From the NCBI RefSeq assembly GCF_041146345.1, contig NW_027191402.1:248001-312000 (forward strand): a stretch of 64,000 nucleotides of DNA. The letters are read 5' to 3'. The notes beneath the pieces were generated by a model that worked only from the letters and a program-made list of their open reading frames with translations, was not told where the DNA came from and did no database searches. The DNA comes from Neodothiora populina (lineage: Eukaryota). Position 1 is the stretch's first letter. Each line of letters starts with the position of its first letter. Of the stretch, positions 1 through 10,729 are shown one piece after another. Both the position numbers and the translations under genes were made by a program.

Positions 1-418
1 TGGAAAGCTGTTCAAGCTGAACCTCAGCCCTACTTCCAGAGTCATTCTCCCCAACACCCCAGAGGCCGCCGCTGCCGAGAAGGAGCCAGTCAAGGAGCCA
101 GTCACGGAACCAGCCTCGGTGGAAGAAAAGGCGACGATTTCCATCCCGGAAAAAACACCTGGAAGCACTTCAGCCGAGGTGGCCTCGAAGTCCGCCGTCG
201 CAAGATCAGCAGGCGCACCCTCAATCGCCTCTGCGAATCAAGAAGGAAACACGACGACGACCCGATCACAGCCCATCTCCGAAAGCTCAAACGAAGAAAA
301 ATCGCGCGGTCTCGACGAGTCGTGGCAATCCGTCGAAGTCCCTGATGCGCTGGAAGACGATGACAAGAAACCAGTGACCGGCGGCACCTTTTTGAATTAT
401 GATTCGATGAAGCAATGA
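1..418 (+). CDS. 3' end of a protein-coding gene truncated by the window edge; low-complexity acidic C-terminal tail, product unknown
   Basis: Frame open from position 2 (GKLFKLNLSPTSRVILPNTPEAAAAEKEP...) to TGA at 416-418, followed by a T-rich 3' region. Confidence 0.6.
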   Translation, partial: GKLFKLNLSPTSRVILPNTPEAAAAEKEPVKEPVTEPASVEEKATISIPEKTPGSTSAEVASKSAVARSAGAPSIASANQEGNTTTTRSQPISESSNEEKSRGLDESWQSVEVPDALEDDDKKPVTGGTFLNYDSMKQ

Positions 419-845
419 GCTTTTGTGGCTGTTTCTCCCTCTCATTAGGGCTTTTTTTTTGGATTTGGAGTCCAGTTATTTGGTTACACTTTTTTTAGTG
501 GCTGGAGAGGAGGATGGGATGATCAGTAACTGCAGAAGGAATGGTGTATCAATTTTAGTGAGCAAAGACATGAAACGAAAGCGATTTCTGATATCTCATG
601 TCATGCTGGTATCCTTGTATCCACGTGAACATGTAAACTTGTAATAGACACGGCCTCTTGCAAGCGTACACAAAAGTCCTAGCTTCCGCTGTACAAAGAC
701 ATCCACATCAAAGAGTCCGTAGTCCGTATCCAGATCCGCCTCACCCAACCGACCCGAAGAGTCCAGCACGCACAACTCCACCAGCCACCCTTTCCCCAAT
801 TCCATCTCTCCATCTCATCGCACAGAGAAACCCCCGACTCCTCAC

Positions 846-2681
846 TCACAACTTCGCCTTAACACCCCCAAGCCCCTCACCATCACGGCCCCCATCATCA
901 TCTCGCACAACAGCGCCCCCTCGGGCCTCGGCTCTCGCCTGATCCCTCAGCACCCTCCTCAGGATCTTCCCACTCGCGCTCTTGGGGATCGCGCTCGCAA
1001 ATTCGATTTCCTTGACGTGTTTATGCCGGACTTTATTGTCGCGCACGTAGGCGAGGAGGAGTCTGCCCGTTGCTTTATACGCGTCTTCGTCTTGGTTTTG
1101 GTTTTGGTTGAGTCTCAGCACGACGTAGGCCTTGGGCACTTCGCCTCTGTACTCGTCCGGTATCCCGAGCACAGCGACGTCTTCGACCGCCGGGTGGCCT
1201 AGCAGCAAGTCTTCGAGCTCGGCCGGGGCGACTGCTATGCCTTTTACTTTGATCATTTCCTTCAGTCTGTCGAGGATCGCCACGATGCCTTCGTCGGAGA
1301 TACTCCCCAGGTCGCCTGTGTGCAGGTAGCCGTCGGCGTCGAAGTTTTCGCGGGTCGCGGAGGCGTTGTTCAGGTAGCCCATTACGATCTGCGGGCCCTT
1401 TGCGAGGATCTCGCCTGGTTCGTTTGTTTGCGTCGTTTCCGTGCCGTCGGGGAGCATGATTTTGACCGTTGTTGACGCGCAGATTCGGCCGACTGTGTGT
1501 GCGTATTTGTAGTCGTAGAATTGCGGTGGGTGGGACGTGATGCACGAGCAGGACTCGGTCATGCCGTAGCCTTGCTTGAAGCCTGTTTGGGGGAATTTCT
1601 TTTGCAGAAGAGATAAGATCTCGGGAGAGAGCGGGGCGGCGCCTGAGGAGAAGCGTTTTATGCATTTTAGGTCGTACGAGTCTACGATGGGGTCTCGGAC
1701 GAGGCGGATCAGGATTGGGGGCACCAAGAGGACTTCGGCGATTTTGTAGGTGCTTATTGCGTCTAGCATTGTGGACATGCTGAAGGACGGGAGCATGATC
1801 ACTTCTGCGTTGATCAGGACTGGTAGGTGCAGCACGTGGACGAGACCGGTTATGTGGAAAAGTGGAAGTACGGCTAGGACGCGTTTGTGGTCGTCGGGAG
1901 TGAGCTGCTGGACTTGGAGGCATTGGGCTATCACGTTTTGGTGGGAAATCATGACCTGAATAGATGATTAGCCTGGTTCACCAATCCAATTCAAAGCAGA
2001 GAGATTAGGAGACTCGCGCATGGGAGATAAAGACGAGGAAGAATAGACAAGACATACCGCCTTGGGTAAACCCGTGGTTCCAGAACTAAAGCTCAGAAAC
2101 CCACAGACGTCACCATTGCGCTTCCCAGCCGGTATCCTAAAACTCTCAACCTGGCTCTCCTCCTTCTTTCCAATCCCAGCCAACTCCTGGATAGTCGTGA
2201 ATCCATCCATCTGGCCTTCGAGCAAGAACAGATTTTCCTTCGGTATACCTGCATTCTCCGCCGCTTCCACAGCAACCTTCAGAGAAGCCGGATGCGTCAT
2301 GAGAAACCTAGCACCAGAAGTCTTCAGAGCATAAGTCATTTCCTCGACGTTATAAGCTGGACTGGCACCCGAGACGACACCGCCGATCCTCAGAGTCGCG
2401 AGCATGGCTACCGGATACCAGATACTGTTCTGCGAGAACAGCGCCACGGTGTCGCCGCTTGCAAAGCCATATTTCTCATGAAGAGCTGTCGAGACATGCG
2501 TTGCGACGTCTTTGACTTGAGCGTACGATAATCGTTCTTTGGTGATTGCATTGAGGTAGCCGGCTAGCTCATTGGGTGCATGTTTCTGTAATGGAGAGTA
2601 TGTTGGTGAGGTGAAGAGCCAATCCCAGATTGTGAGGTCTGTCGGGAGGTCGATATCCGGTTGGAGGGATTTGAACGGCAT
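846..2681 (-). CDS. AMP-dependent acyl-CoA ligase (4-coumarate/phenylacetyl-CoA ligase-like), peroxisomal
   Basis: AMP-binding motifs FSSGTTGLPK, QGYGMTE, YLHTGDLG and PKSASGKILRR; one GT-AG intron 1956-2057; C-terminal PTS1 tripeptide AKL. Confidence 0.93.
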
Positions 2682-3326
2682 GGTGAAGGAGTACCGCGCC
2701 TGTTTCTTTCTTCGTACAATAACCGGGTAGCACAGAATCACGGTATAGCACTAGACGAGAAAGAAATAGAAGAGAGTAACAGTGTAAAGAAAGCACAAGA
2801 CCTAGGAGCTGAATGCGTTGGATCTAGCGTGAACGACCGACCTACCTAGTCCCTGTACAATTACTACAATGATCATCGATCAGCCACCTTATCGGTTATA
2901 TAGAGCTACAGTATGTCCTTCCTTCGAGCGTGGAGGTGCTCCAAGAGAGGTAAAAAGTGGGCGCCTCGGCCCAACGTAGTAGATGCGGAGTACTGTCTGC
3001 GGGGATAGGGAGTGTGGGGTTCCGGTGTTTCAAGCTTCCATATCCGCGCCAGGGAGAGAGCAGAAATATGTAATATTATTGCATTCTTAATTCCTGCCAT
3101 TTGAGTTGGTAGAGGAAGTAGGGGCTCAGTGTTGAGAAGATTTGTATACTACAATGCATCGCATATAAACAACCATAAAGGTGTCTATCGATCGCTAGTG
3201 TCTGATTTTTTGTAGCACGTTACTCCAATCATTTCCACTCCATCTCCACCAACCTCATAAAACTCGCCGACTCTCCATCCGAATCCAACCATTTTTGTCA
3301 TTCAAAAGGGACACAACTTTTGCACA

Positions 3327-4994
3327 CTATGACTCGGGGGCAGTGGCATCCTCAATCTTAGCCTTTTCCAAGTCCTCGGCGGCGTCGGCAACTCCGTCCT
3401 TTTCTTGTGCGAGCTCGGCACCTGCGGAGGCGTCACCGTTGACACCCTGTTGCTTCTCTGCGACCTTGTTGGCGGATCCTTCGGTGGCGCGGTCGGTGTT
3501 GGTTTCTGCGGAAGAGTCGACTTCGGATTCTAGGCGTTCAATTTCCTTTTGTGCTTTGGCGATGTTCTAGAACAGTGATCAGTAGGCAGTCAGACAATAA
3601 CACGGTGAAGTAGCACATACCTCCTTGGTCTTGCGATCCTGGTCCTTCTTCCAATGCTCGAGCTTCTCCTTCAGCTTCTCAACAACACCGGGAACCTCGC
3701 CCTGGTTTGAAGGAGGCTGGACGTCAACTTTGGCGAGCTCCTCGAGAACACCGAAAGGAATGTTGAACTTGGCAGATTCGGAAGGAGTAGCAGGAGAGGC
3801 ACCGGACTGAGCCTGGCTCTTCTTGCCCTTCTTTCCCTTCTTGCCACCTCCACCGACGAAGTAGTCCTCCTCGTCGGCACCCTTGCGTGGAAGGGCGGTA
3901 CCCTTGATGCCTGATGCGTCAACGGTGCGGGTGGCTTGTGCGGCGAATTTGCTGGGGCCGGTGGCCTGCTTGGCCTCGGTGGAAGAAGGATCAAAATAGC
4001 GGATGAGACCCTGGGTGGTAAGAATCTCGTCCCGGTAGGCGGGAGCAGATGCCTCCTCAAGCTTAGCCTGAGCGACAGCCTTTCGCTTGCCAGACTCGTA
4101 TGCTTGACGTTCGGCTTGCTGGCGCTCCTTTCGGATGCGGTAAGCCTCCTGTTCGTAGTCCTTGTGTGCACGACGAGCCTGGTAGAACTTGTCCTTGATC
4201 TCCTTTAGATTGGTGTAAGCAGCGGCCTGGGCCTCGTTGGCCTTGGTACGCTCATCACGGAGGGCGTTGAGGTTCTTGAAGACCTCGTCCTGCTCTGCCT
4301 TGATGGTGTCGAGTTCTTGCTGGATGGCGGTGAAGCGGTCGGAGAGGGCCTTGGAGGCAGGGTCATCGAGAGACTTGCGGAGCTCGGCGATCTGAGCCTT
4401 GAGGTCGTCGATGGTCTTCTGTGCAGCGTCGAAGCCAGCGAATCCCTTCTTTTGCTTGTTGAGGGCAGTGATCTCAGCCAGAGCCTTCTTCTCGTCAACC
4501 AACTTCATCATGCCAGTGTCGACCTGCTTCTGAAGGCGGTTGATCTCGTTCTGAACATCGTCGGCGGACTTGAAGGCAACACGGCCGCGGGCGGTCTTCT
4601 GTTCGGCGATGCGAGACTTGAGCTGCTCATCGAGACGCTGGATCTGCGAGAGGACAGAGCTGCGGGAGTTCTTGCCTGACTTTTGCTGCTCCTTGATCTG
4701 GTTCAGTTCCTGGAGGAGTTCGGCGCGACGCTTGGCTGCAGGAGAGTCCTTGTTGTTTCCCCGAGAGTCGAGCTTGGCCTTGACTGCTTTCTTGGGGTGG
4801 TATCAGTCAGGGAACAGAAGTGTCTGCATCTCAGGACATACTTGACGCTCGACGGCAGCCTGCAACTTCTTGTCTGCCTCGGCCAGTTCCTTCTCGTAGG
4901 CGGCCTGATCAGGTCTCTCGGGCTTGTTCACGACCTTCTTGTCGTTGCTGGGGGTAGATGCGCCAGCATCGGTCGTACTCGTGGTAGCAGCCAT
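3327..4994 (-). CDS. BFR1: Nuclear segregation / mRNA-binding coiled-coil protein Bfr1
   Basis: N-terminal KPERPD, coiled coil with MKLVDEKKALAEI, EEDYFVGGGGKKGKKGKK and KLEHWKKDQ motifs; introns near 4790-4840 and 3567-3620; TAG at 3327-3329. Confidence 0.82.
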
Positions 4995-5908
4995 TGTGGA
5001 TTATGACTTGCGTGGGGACTTGACTTGCGCAAGAGTAATTATACAAAAGAACAGGACGGGGGAATTGACTTCACAGTCGAAGGAGGGATGAACAGGAACA
5101 CCTGTCGAGTCAACACTGCGGTAGTAATAATTTTGGATCCGCCCTTGTGGAGTACCTGTCGAGCCCGTACCTTCCCAATTCCCTTGGGAATCGCTCGAGT
5201 CTCCCGTCGAAATCTTGGCGGCTTCGAGCCTCATCCATTCACTGCCATTCTGTACAAACACAAACAATTAAGTGTCTACTGAGTTATTGAAGCCATCTAA
5301 GCCTTCTGCAGTAAGCCGCGGCACCTGTGCGCCTTACCTTCTACCAGTACCTTTTCTCGGCATAACCGCGCCTGGTCACTGCGCTCGACGCACACTGCAC
5401 TTCTGCTCCACTAACAACAGAAGCTCAGGGGTTCACGGTTCACTGGACGGAGCACACTACAAGTGGTACAGTACTAATAATGCAGTAAAGGTGGGCATCT
5501 TCCACTCGCCTTGACCACCTGCTCACGCTCCATTTCACCGTTTGTCCTATTCTCAGAGAATGTCTCATGTTGCGAGTCGGACGTGCGCTGCCTTCGAATG
5601 CACATCAATTGAGACTGCATGTTAGATTACTCAGTCGACATGTAATACAGCAATGGATCATTGTCAATTTGATAGGTCCATGACAGATAGTGGGTATGGT
5701 GAGTGAGCAAGTATGGAGTTGGGACGTGGGAGCTTCTTCCGTCAACTGCGCTTTCTGTGCACGGGCATCTTAATCGCTTCGTGCTCTTTTTATATCTATC
5801 TCAAGGTAACAACGTACCTTACTGTACAATTGATAGAAACAGTATCTAATTAACCAACTTCACCATCCAACACTAGCTATCGAGGTATCGGCAGAAGAGG
5901 GTGTCGTG

Positions 5909-6944
5909 ATGGATGTTCCCGTGGCAGCGGACGTTCTGGGAACCATTGGCGCTGTGTGTTTTCACTCGAGACTTGTCCCAAACGTGCACTATTGATCCCG
6001 ATGGCTTACAATGCTACAGGTATGCTGGTCGGTCCAGGTACCAGAATCCCTAATTTTCAGATTTATCCATTATTCACTTGTATGGCAGCTTATTCCTCAA
6101 ATCATCATCAATTACCGTCGTCATAATGCCACAGGACTTCAACCTTCCATGATGATGTTCTGGGCATGGGCCGGTGTTCCTCTTGGTGTTTATAACATTG
6201 TCTCCAATTTCACCATTGCATTACGAATACAACCACAGATCCTGGCCTTTCTGAGCCTACTCACATGGGCCCAAGTGTGTTATTATGAGAAGGTAGGTCT
6301 TCTCGCAGATATGTTCTTAGACTCCTTGAATGACAACCTACCAGCAGTGGACCATTCCTCAGACCCTTGCTGTCGTCACTCCGATTGGGATTTGCATGGG
6401 TGGTATTGAAGTTGGTCTCATCTTTGCGCTCCGTCATGGTGAATCTCGAGGAGTCCATTGGCCAACTATCCTCATGGCTGTCCTGGCCGCACTCTTCCTC
6501 GCTCTTGGGGTACTCCGACATTATCGGGACGTGTATGTCCATCGTACGGTCCGTGGCATCTCTTTCATCTTCTGCGGCATCGACGCTTTGGGAGATCTGA
6601 CGTCTCTGCTGGCTCTGTTGTTCCACCCGAGTATCGATGTTCTGGGCATCGTAGTCTATGGCGTCGAATTCATACTCTGGATGGGCATCTTTGCGTGTGG
6701 TGGCTACTATAACTTCAGACCATGGCTACAACAACGGCTTGGCCCTGCTTCATCGAATGGAGATGTGTCGCCTAGTTCCATACCTGAAGTATCGAATAAC
6801 GCCAACATGGAGACCGCCGGAATTGCTTTACATGATCTTCCATCCTCCACTTCGGCATTTCGAACCACATCTGCTGAAAATGATATTGTATCTACTCGTA
6901 AACGACGTTCCGTTTCTCAGTCCATCAGGCACCGAGTGGTGTAG
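5909..6944 (+). CDS. PQ-loop repeat membrane protein
   Basis: Spliced MDVPVAADVLGTIGA|VCWSVQ|LIPQIIINYRRHNATGLQ and a second repeat with RTVRGISFIF; several hydrophobic helices; three GT-AG introns. Confidence 0.88.
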
Positions 6945-7041
6945 TATGCATTATCATAAAGCAAAGGTTTGCGAAGCATTGTCTGGGGCTGCGAAGACAG
7001 TAATCTGGACTACGACACTGCTAGAAAGGAGGCCAGACCTA

Positions 7042-8757
7042 TCACACCATAGATGATCCGTTGAGCCTCGCGACACTAGACCCTCTCTCGAGTGACCTCA
7101 GCTTCACCTCAACCTCTTCCTCACCAGGCATAGCACCGCTTATCTTCACTGCCTCTTCACTAGTCAATCCTGTCGCTATAACTGCAGGATTACTCGTCCC
7201 GACCGCTGGAGAAAATTGTCTATCTACGCGTTTCAACCAGAAATTGCCAACCATTACCGAAAGTAGGGTCAAGGGTGCTGCGAGAGCGAAATAGATCCAA
7301 ATTTGTGGAGCGACTGACCATGTGGCCTGAGTCTTGTCGTCTGCGCCTGCAGGAGGGGAGTAGTCAAAAAAGGTCATCCCGAAGATTGCCTGGAACGCAA
7401 GTCAGTGGCCTTGACAGGAAGGACGAAGACGGAGCATGGTCTAACTTACCGCCAGGAAAGTGGCAGGCAGAAACAATGTGGTGACTACAGCTATTGCTTT
7501 CATCGCCGCACTGTCGTTCTGCACTGCTTTGCTGTCTCTTTGCGTGATGAGATTGAACATCTCAAGCCCGAAGTCAGTGACGGAGCTATACGTCAAAGCC
7601 GGACGTGACATACCAAGTTTATCTCGTTGCTCAACCTCTTTTCGTTCGACTTCGATCTTTCTGTCAAACTACATAAAATGCTATGCGAAAACCCCAGACT
7701 CTCTAGCGGGGCATCGAGATCCAGCCCCTCTTGCTGCTTTTCACGCGCTGGCCGCGATCGCTCCTCGATTCGTTCACCTTGACGTAGTATTCGAGCGAGT
7801 ATATCGGCAGCAACATGCACAGTCTCGGTGGAGTGGGCAGTATGTCTGGCCAGGTCATGCAATTTCGGGAAAGAGGACGGACCGAGAAGCGGCTTTTTCC
7901 TTCTCTGTGTGGACTTTACGCTTGCTACAGTTGTGGCCATTGTCTTCTCCCCGCTCAGGGACCCCGAGAGATCCTGCAGAGTCGGAAAGGCGGACGGCCC
8001 GAGGAAGTTATTACGCTTCTCTCCCGGAAACTTCATATCAAATGAATATGGATTCTGAACGTCGTGAGTACGGATTTTCTCTATGGTGCGGATTTGTCGG
8101 GCCAGATGCCAAATCGATGTGTCGTAGAGAACAACGATTTGCTCCAAAACTTCGGCTTGCAGAGCCAGTAGACCCATCGTCATCCGATTGTCTAGAGCAT
8201 GCTTTGCTTGTAGCGACTCAAGTACTGCATCACAGACAGATCTAGGGCAGTCGAAACAGATCAGGGTGTTCTGAGATGCAGTCCAGAGAGAAAAGAAACG
8301 CATCTCGGACCAATCGTAACCGTCCATACCATTGTCGTTGAAATGCTTCACAATTACTTTGAACCACCCTTCTGCATTTCGATTTAGCTGACTTGCCATA
8401 CCTCGGGGATAAACTTCTCATACTGTGTGTCTTGATATTGGGTCCGTCATAAGCTGTCGATGAACCAAAGAAGCCATTGAGCTTCTCACATGAGTCGGAC
8501 CAAAATGCAGCAGGAATCTTATATTCAGCCGATAGCGACGTACGCAAGCTGGGATAGATTGAGTCTGCAAAGCTGAGAGATATTAGAATTCACAGTGACA
8601 TGTTTATGATGCATCCCGGATCGTACACTATCGTTGGTCTTGTGCGTTGGATACGCTATTGAGGTGTTAGATATATAATCGCATTTATGTAAAATGGACT
8701 ATTCTAATATATGTTACCTTTACCACTTTCTCAATACTCACTGGAGTTCTCATCCAT
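7042..8757 (-). CDS. Fungal CorA-like (Mg2+ transporter-fold) membrane protein; 5' exons approximate
   Basis: Soluble helical region (FPKLHDLARH, RLSNEINL) followed by two C-terminal TM helices (MKAIAVVTTLFLP, MTFF...WIYFALAAPLT); ATG 8757 followed by GTGAGT donor; several introns. Confidence 0.72.
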
Positions 8758-9268
8758 AGTCCGTCTTCTACTAATATTCAGTCCCGTTATATTCAAGTAA
8801 CGTAATATCACTGGTCACACTAACCATGTTGCTCAAGTATACTCGCTGTTGGGGGACCTTCTAGCCAAGACGTCATTGCTTTGTGGACCCGAGACGTTCT
8901 TCCTGTCTCTCATGAATGGGTTTTGTGTGCGTTCTTCTTCCCTCAGATTATACTTCTGTCCTCACAGCATTGCCGCCGGCTGTACAGAGGCCTTCGCAAC
9001 AGCTGACCACGGTGATCATGGCTGTGCTTATCAGCTGCATGATGATGGGACTCACTGTATCACTAAGGATCTAGAGGCCAATGAGCGCCCAGCATGGTCG
9101 CCTGATTCATATAATCGTGGTGCATCCGATGCCTTGGGGACAGCATTGACCGCTACGTATGATGAGAGTCACAAATTGGCATCCGAAATACGCGCTGATG
9201 TCTCATCAACCTAACCAAATTGAGAATCGCAAACGCGATCTGATCGCGTTTGCGATTCCAGCTCTACA

Positions 9269-10177
9269 TCATTGGTTCCGACTACTCAGTGGATCCGCAA
9301 AGCCATACGCATTCCCAGCATGTATTATGCAGTCGCCTCGCAAAGTCATGTTTCTATAAACATGATTATTGCCTGAGACCTGACTTTCACCTGCAGCAAA
9401 TGCATTTCCTAACCTGGCTCTAGAATTGCCCTCGGCCACGACGCCATCGAAGCATAAGCCCCGGGCACTGCGTTCGAGCTCCAAGCTTTGCTTCATGATC
9501 GGATCATCATCGCCAATCAAAGTCAGAAGCAGGTTGACTGCCTGAGCGTCCAAATTGACAGCATCGCGACGGCAAAGTGTCCCTTCGCTGGGTTGGACGA
9601 TAGGAAATAGAGCTTCAAGCTCTTGGATCAGCCCAGATACCGTCATTACCAGGTGATTGAAATTGTTGCGATGGTACAGAGCCCATCGGACTTTGTCAAA
9701 TGTCTTGCTTCTTGCGATCTTCGCGACCCCATAGTTGCCTTTGACCTTGCAAAGAGCCAGGTTCAGGGTTCTGAACCCCGTCTCTGCCCGTTTAAGCGCT
9801 GTTTCTTCATCAAGCACCTGGGTTGTGCCTTCTTCGCCTTGCACCTGCGATCGCTTCTGTCTGCGTGCAAAGGTTGAGGCTGTCTCCTGTGCGCTTGTGA
9901 ATGTACGGCGTATCTCTTCGAGCAGTTCCTCAGCGACTGCCAAGTCGTCTGCTCTATAATTCGAGAGCTGCTTCTGTGCACTAGGTCTCATGGGTTCCGA
10001 ATCAATCCCAGCAGCAACGCCCCATCGTATCAGATGGATGTTTGCGGCTTTGAGACGCGCTGAGGCCGCGCCGAAGTCTCTTTCGAAGTGCCGACCGAAT
10101 TGTACGAGCTCGAAGCATTGGATGCAACTCATGAAGAGTCCTGGAAGACCAAGGGCTAATCCACTCGGGTCTGCCAT
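9269..10177 (-). CDS. HET-S-like HeLo-domain cell-death effector with C-terminal two-repeat HET-s-related amyloid motif (HRAM)
   Basis: Intronless, 302 aa. N-terminus LPGLFMSCIQCFELVQFGRHFERDF...LIRWG, LLEEIRRTFTSAQ and KVRWALY...LIQELEALFP match my recollection of Podospora HET-s/HET-S (AGLFNNCVDCFEYVQLGR[P/H]FGRDY...LSRWG; KTAWALY...VDELEKAFP). C-terminal pseudo-repeats end in LGNAF and AGNAY. Confidence 0.9.
   Translation of the reverse strand: MADPSGLALGLPGLFMSCIQCFELVQFGRHFERDFGAASARLKAANIHLIRWGVAAGIDSEPMRPSAQKQLSNYRADDLAVAEELLEEIRRTFTSAQETASTFARRQKRSQVQGEEGTTQVLDEETALKRAETGFRTLNLALCKVKGNYGVAKIARSKTFDKVRWALYHRNNFNHLVMTVSGLIQELEALFPIVQPSEGTLCRRDAVNLDAQAVNLLLTLIGDDDPIMKQSLELERSARGLCFDGVVAEGNSRARLGNAFAAGESQVSGNNHVYRNMTLRGDCIIHAGNAYGFADPLSSRNQ
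9305..9460 (-). other. Prion-forming domain: amyloid pseudo-repeats R1 (aa 240-260) and R2 (aa 271-291)
   Basis: R1 GLCFDGVVAEGNSRARLGNAF and R2 NHVYRNMTLRGDCIIHAGNAY align without gaps, share the terminal G-N-x-aromatic and are joined by a G/S/A-rich linker, as in HET-s(218-289). Confidence 0.85.
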
Positions 10178-10729
10178 GAAGATGCCTTCCCAAGTCGCTC
10201 ACAAGATTGCTAGATGTACCGGAGAGTTCGAGCTCGCACAGTAGTATGACAACGAAGAGCTCCTCATCGCAAGATGGAGATAGGTAGGCGTAGTGCTATA
10301 ATCTGCAGCTAATCAGGCGCGAGCATTGTGCTCGATAGCGCCTAGGATGATCTACTACTGCATGCAATCCGCATTTGTCACAGTCGCAGGCTCAGCCACT
10401 TCATCTATCTTGTTTGCTAAACAAGAATTAGGCGTCCAGTCACGGTACAATTTCGCTGCCCGAAATCTATTGTCAGGAATCTTACGCATGCCTCACATTA
10501 TCTGATGGATGCTGTAGAAATCTTGACGTATACTTTTCTCTGCCTCAAAACCGACCTTTGCGTGTTAAGTTCCCCTTAAGCAACAGTCGACTCTACATCA
10601 CTTCTGCACAAAAAGTCGCATAGGCATCACCTGCAAAGCATCACAGCCGTGCTCTATTCCGACCGCGCTGCTTATGCAAACCTTGATTAATCCGACCTCC
10701 TTTGTGTCGCGACCAGGTGTTTTGCTGTC

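Noticed and set aside
1075..1923. Long alternative-frame or antisense ORFs over GC-rich genes (also 46622-47188, 49280-49984, 57001-57678)
   Set aside because: Expected by-products of high GC3 codon bias; low-complexity, non-protein-like translations.
846..2681. Acyl-CoA ligase as part of a secondary-metabolite cluster
   Set aside because: No PKS, NRPS or tailoring genes nearby in the window; PTS1 points to ordinary peroxisomal metabolism.
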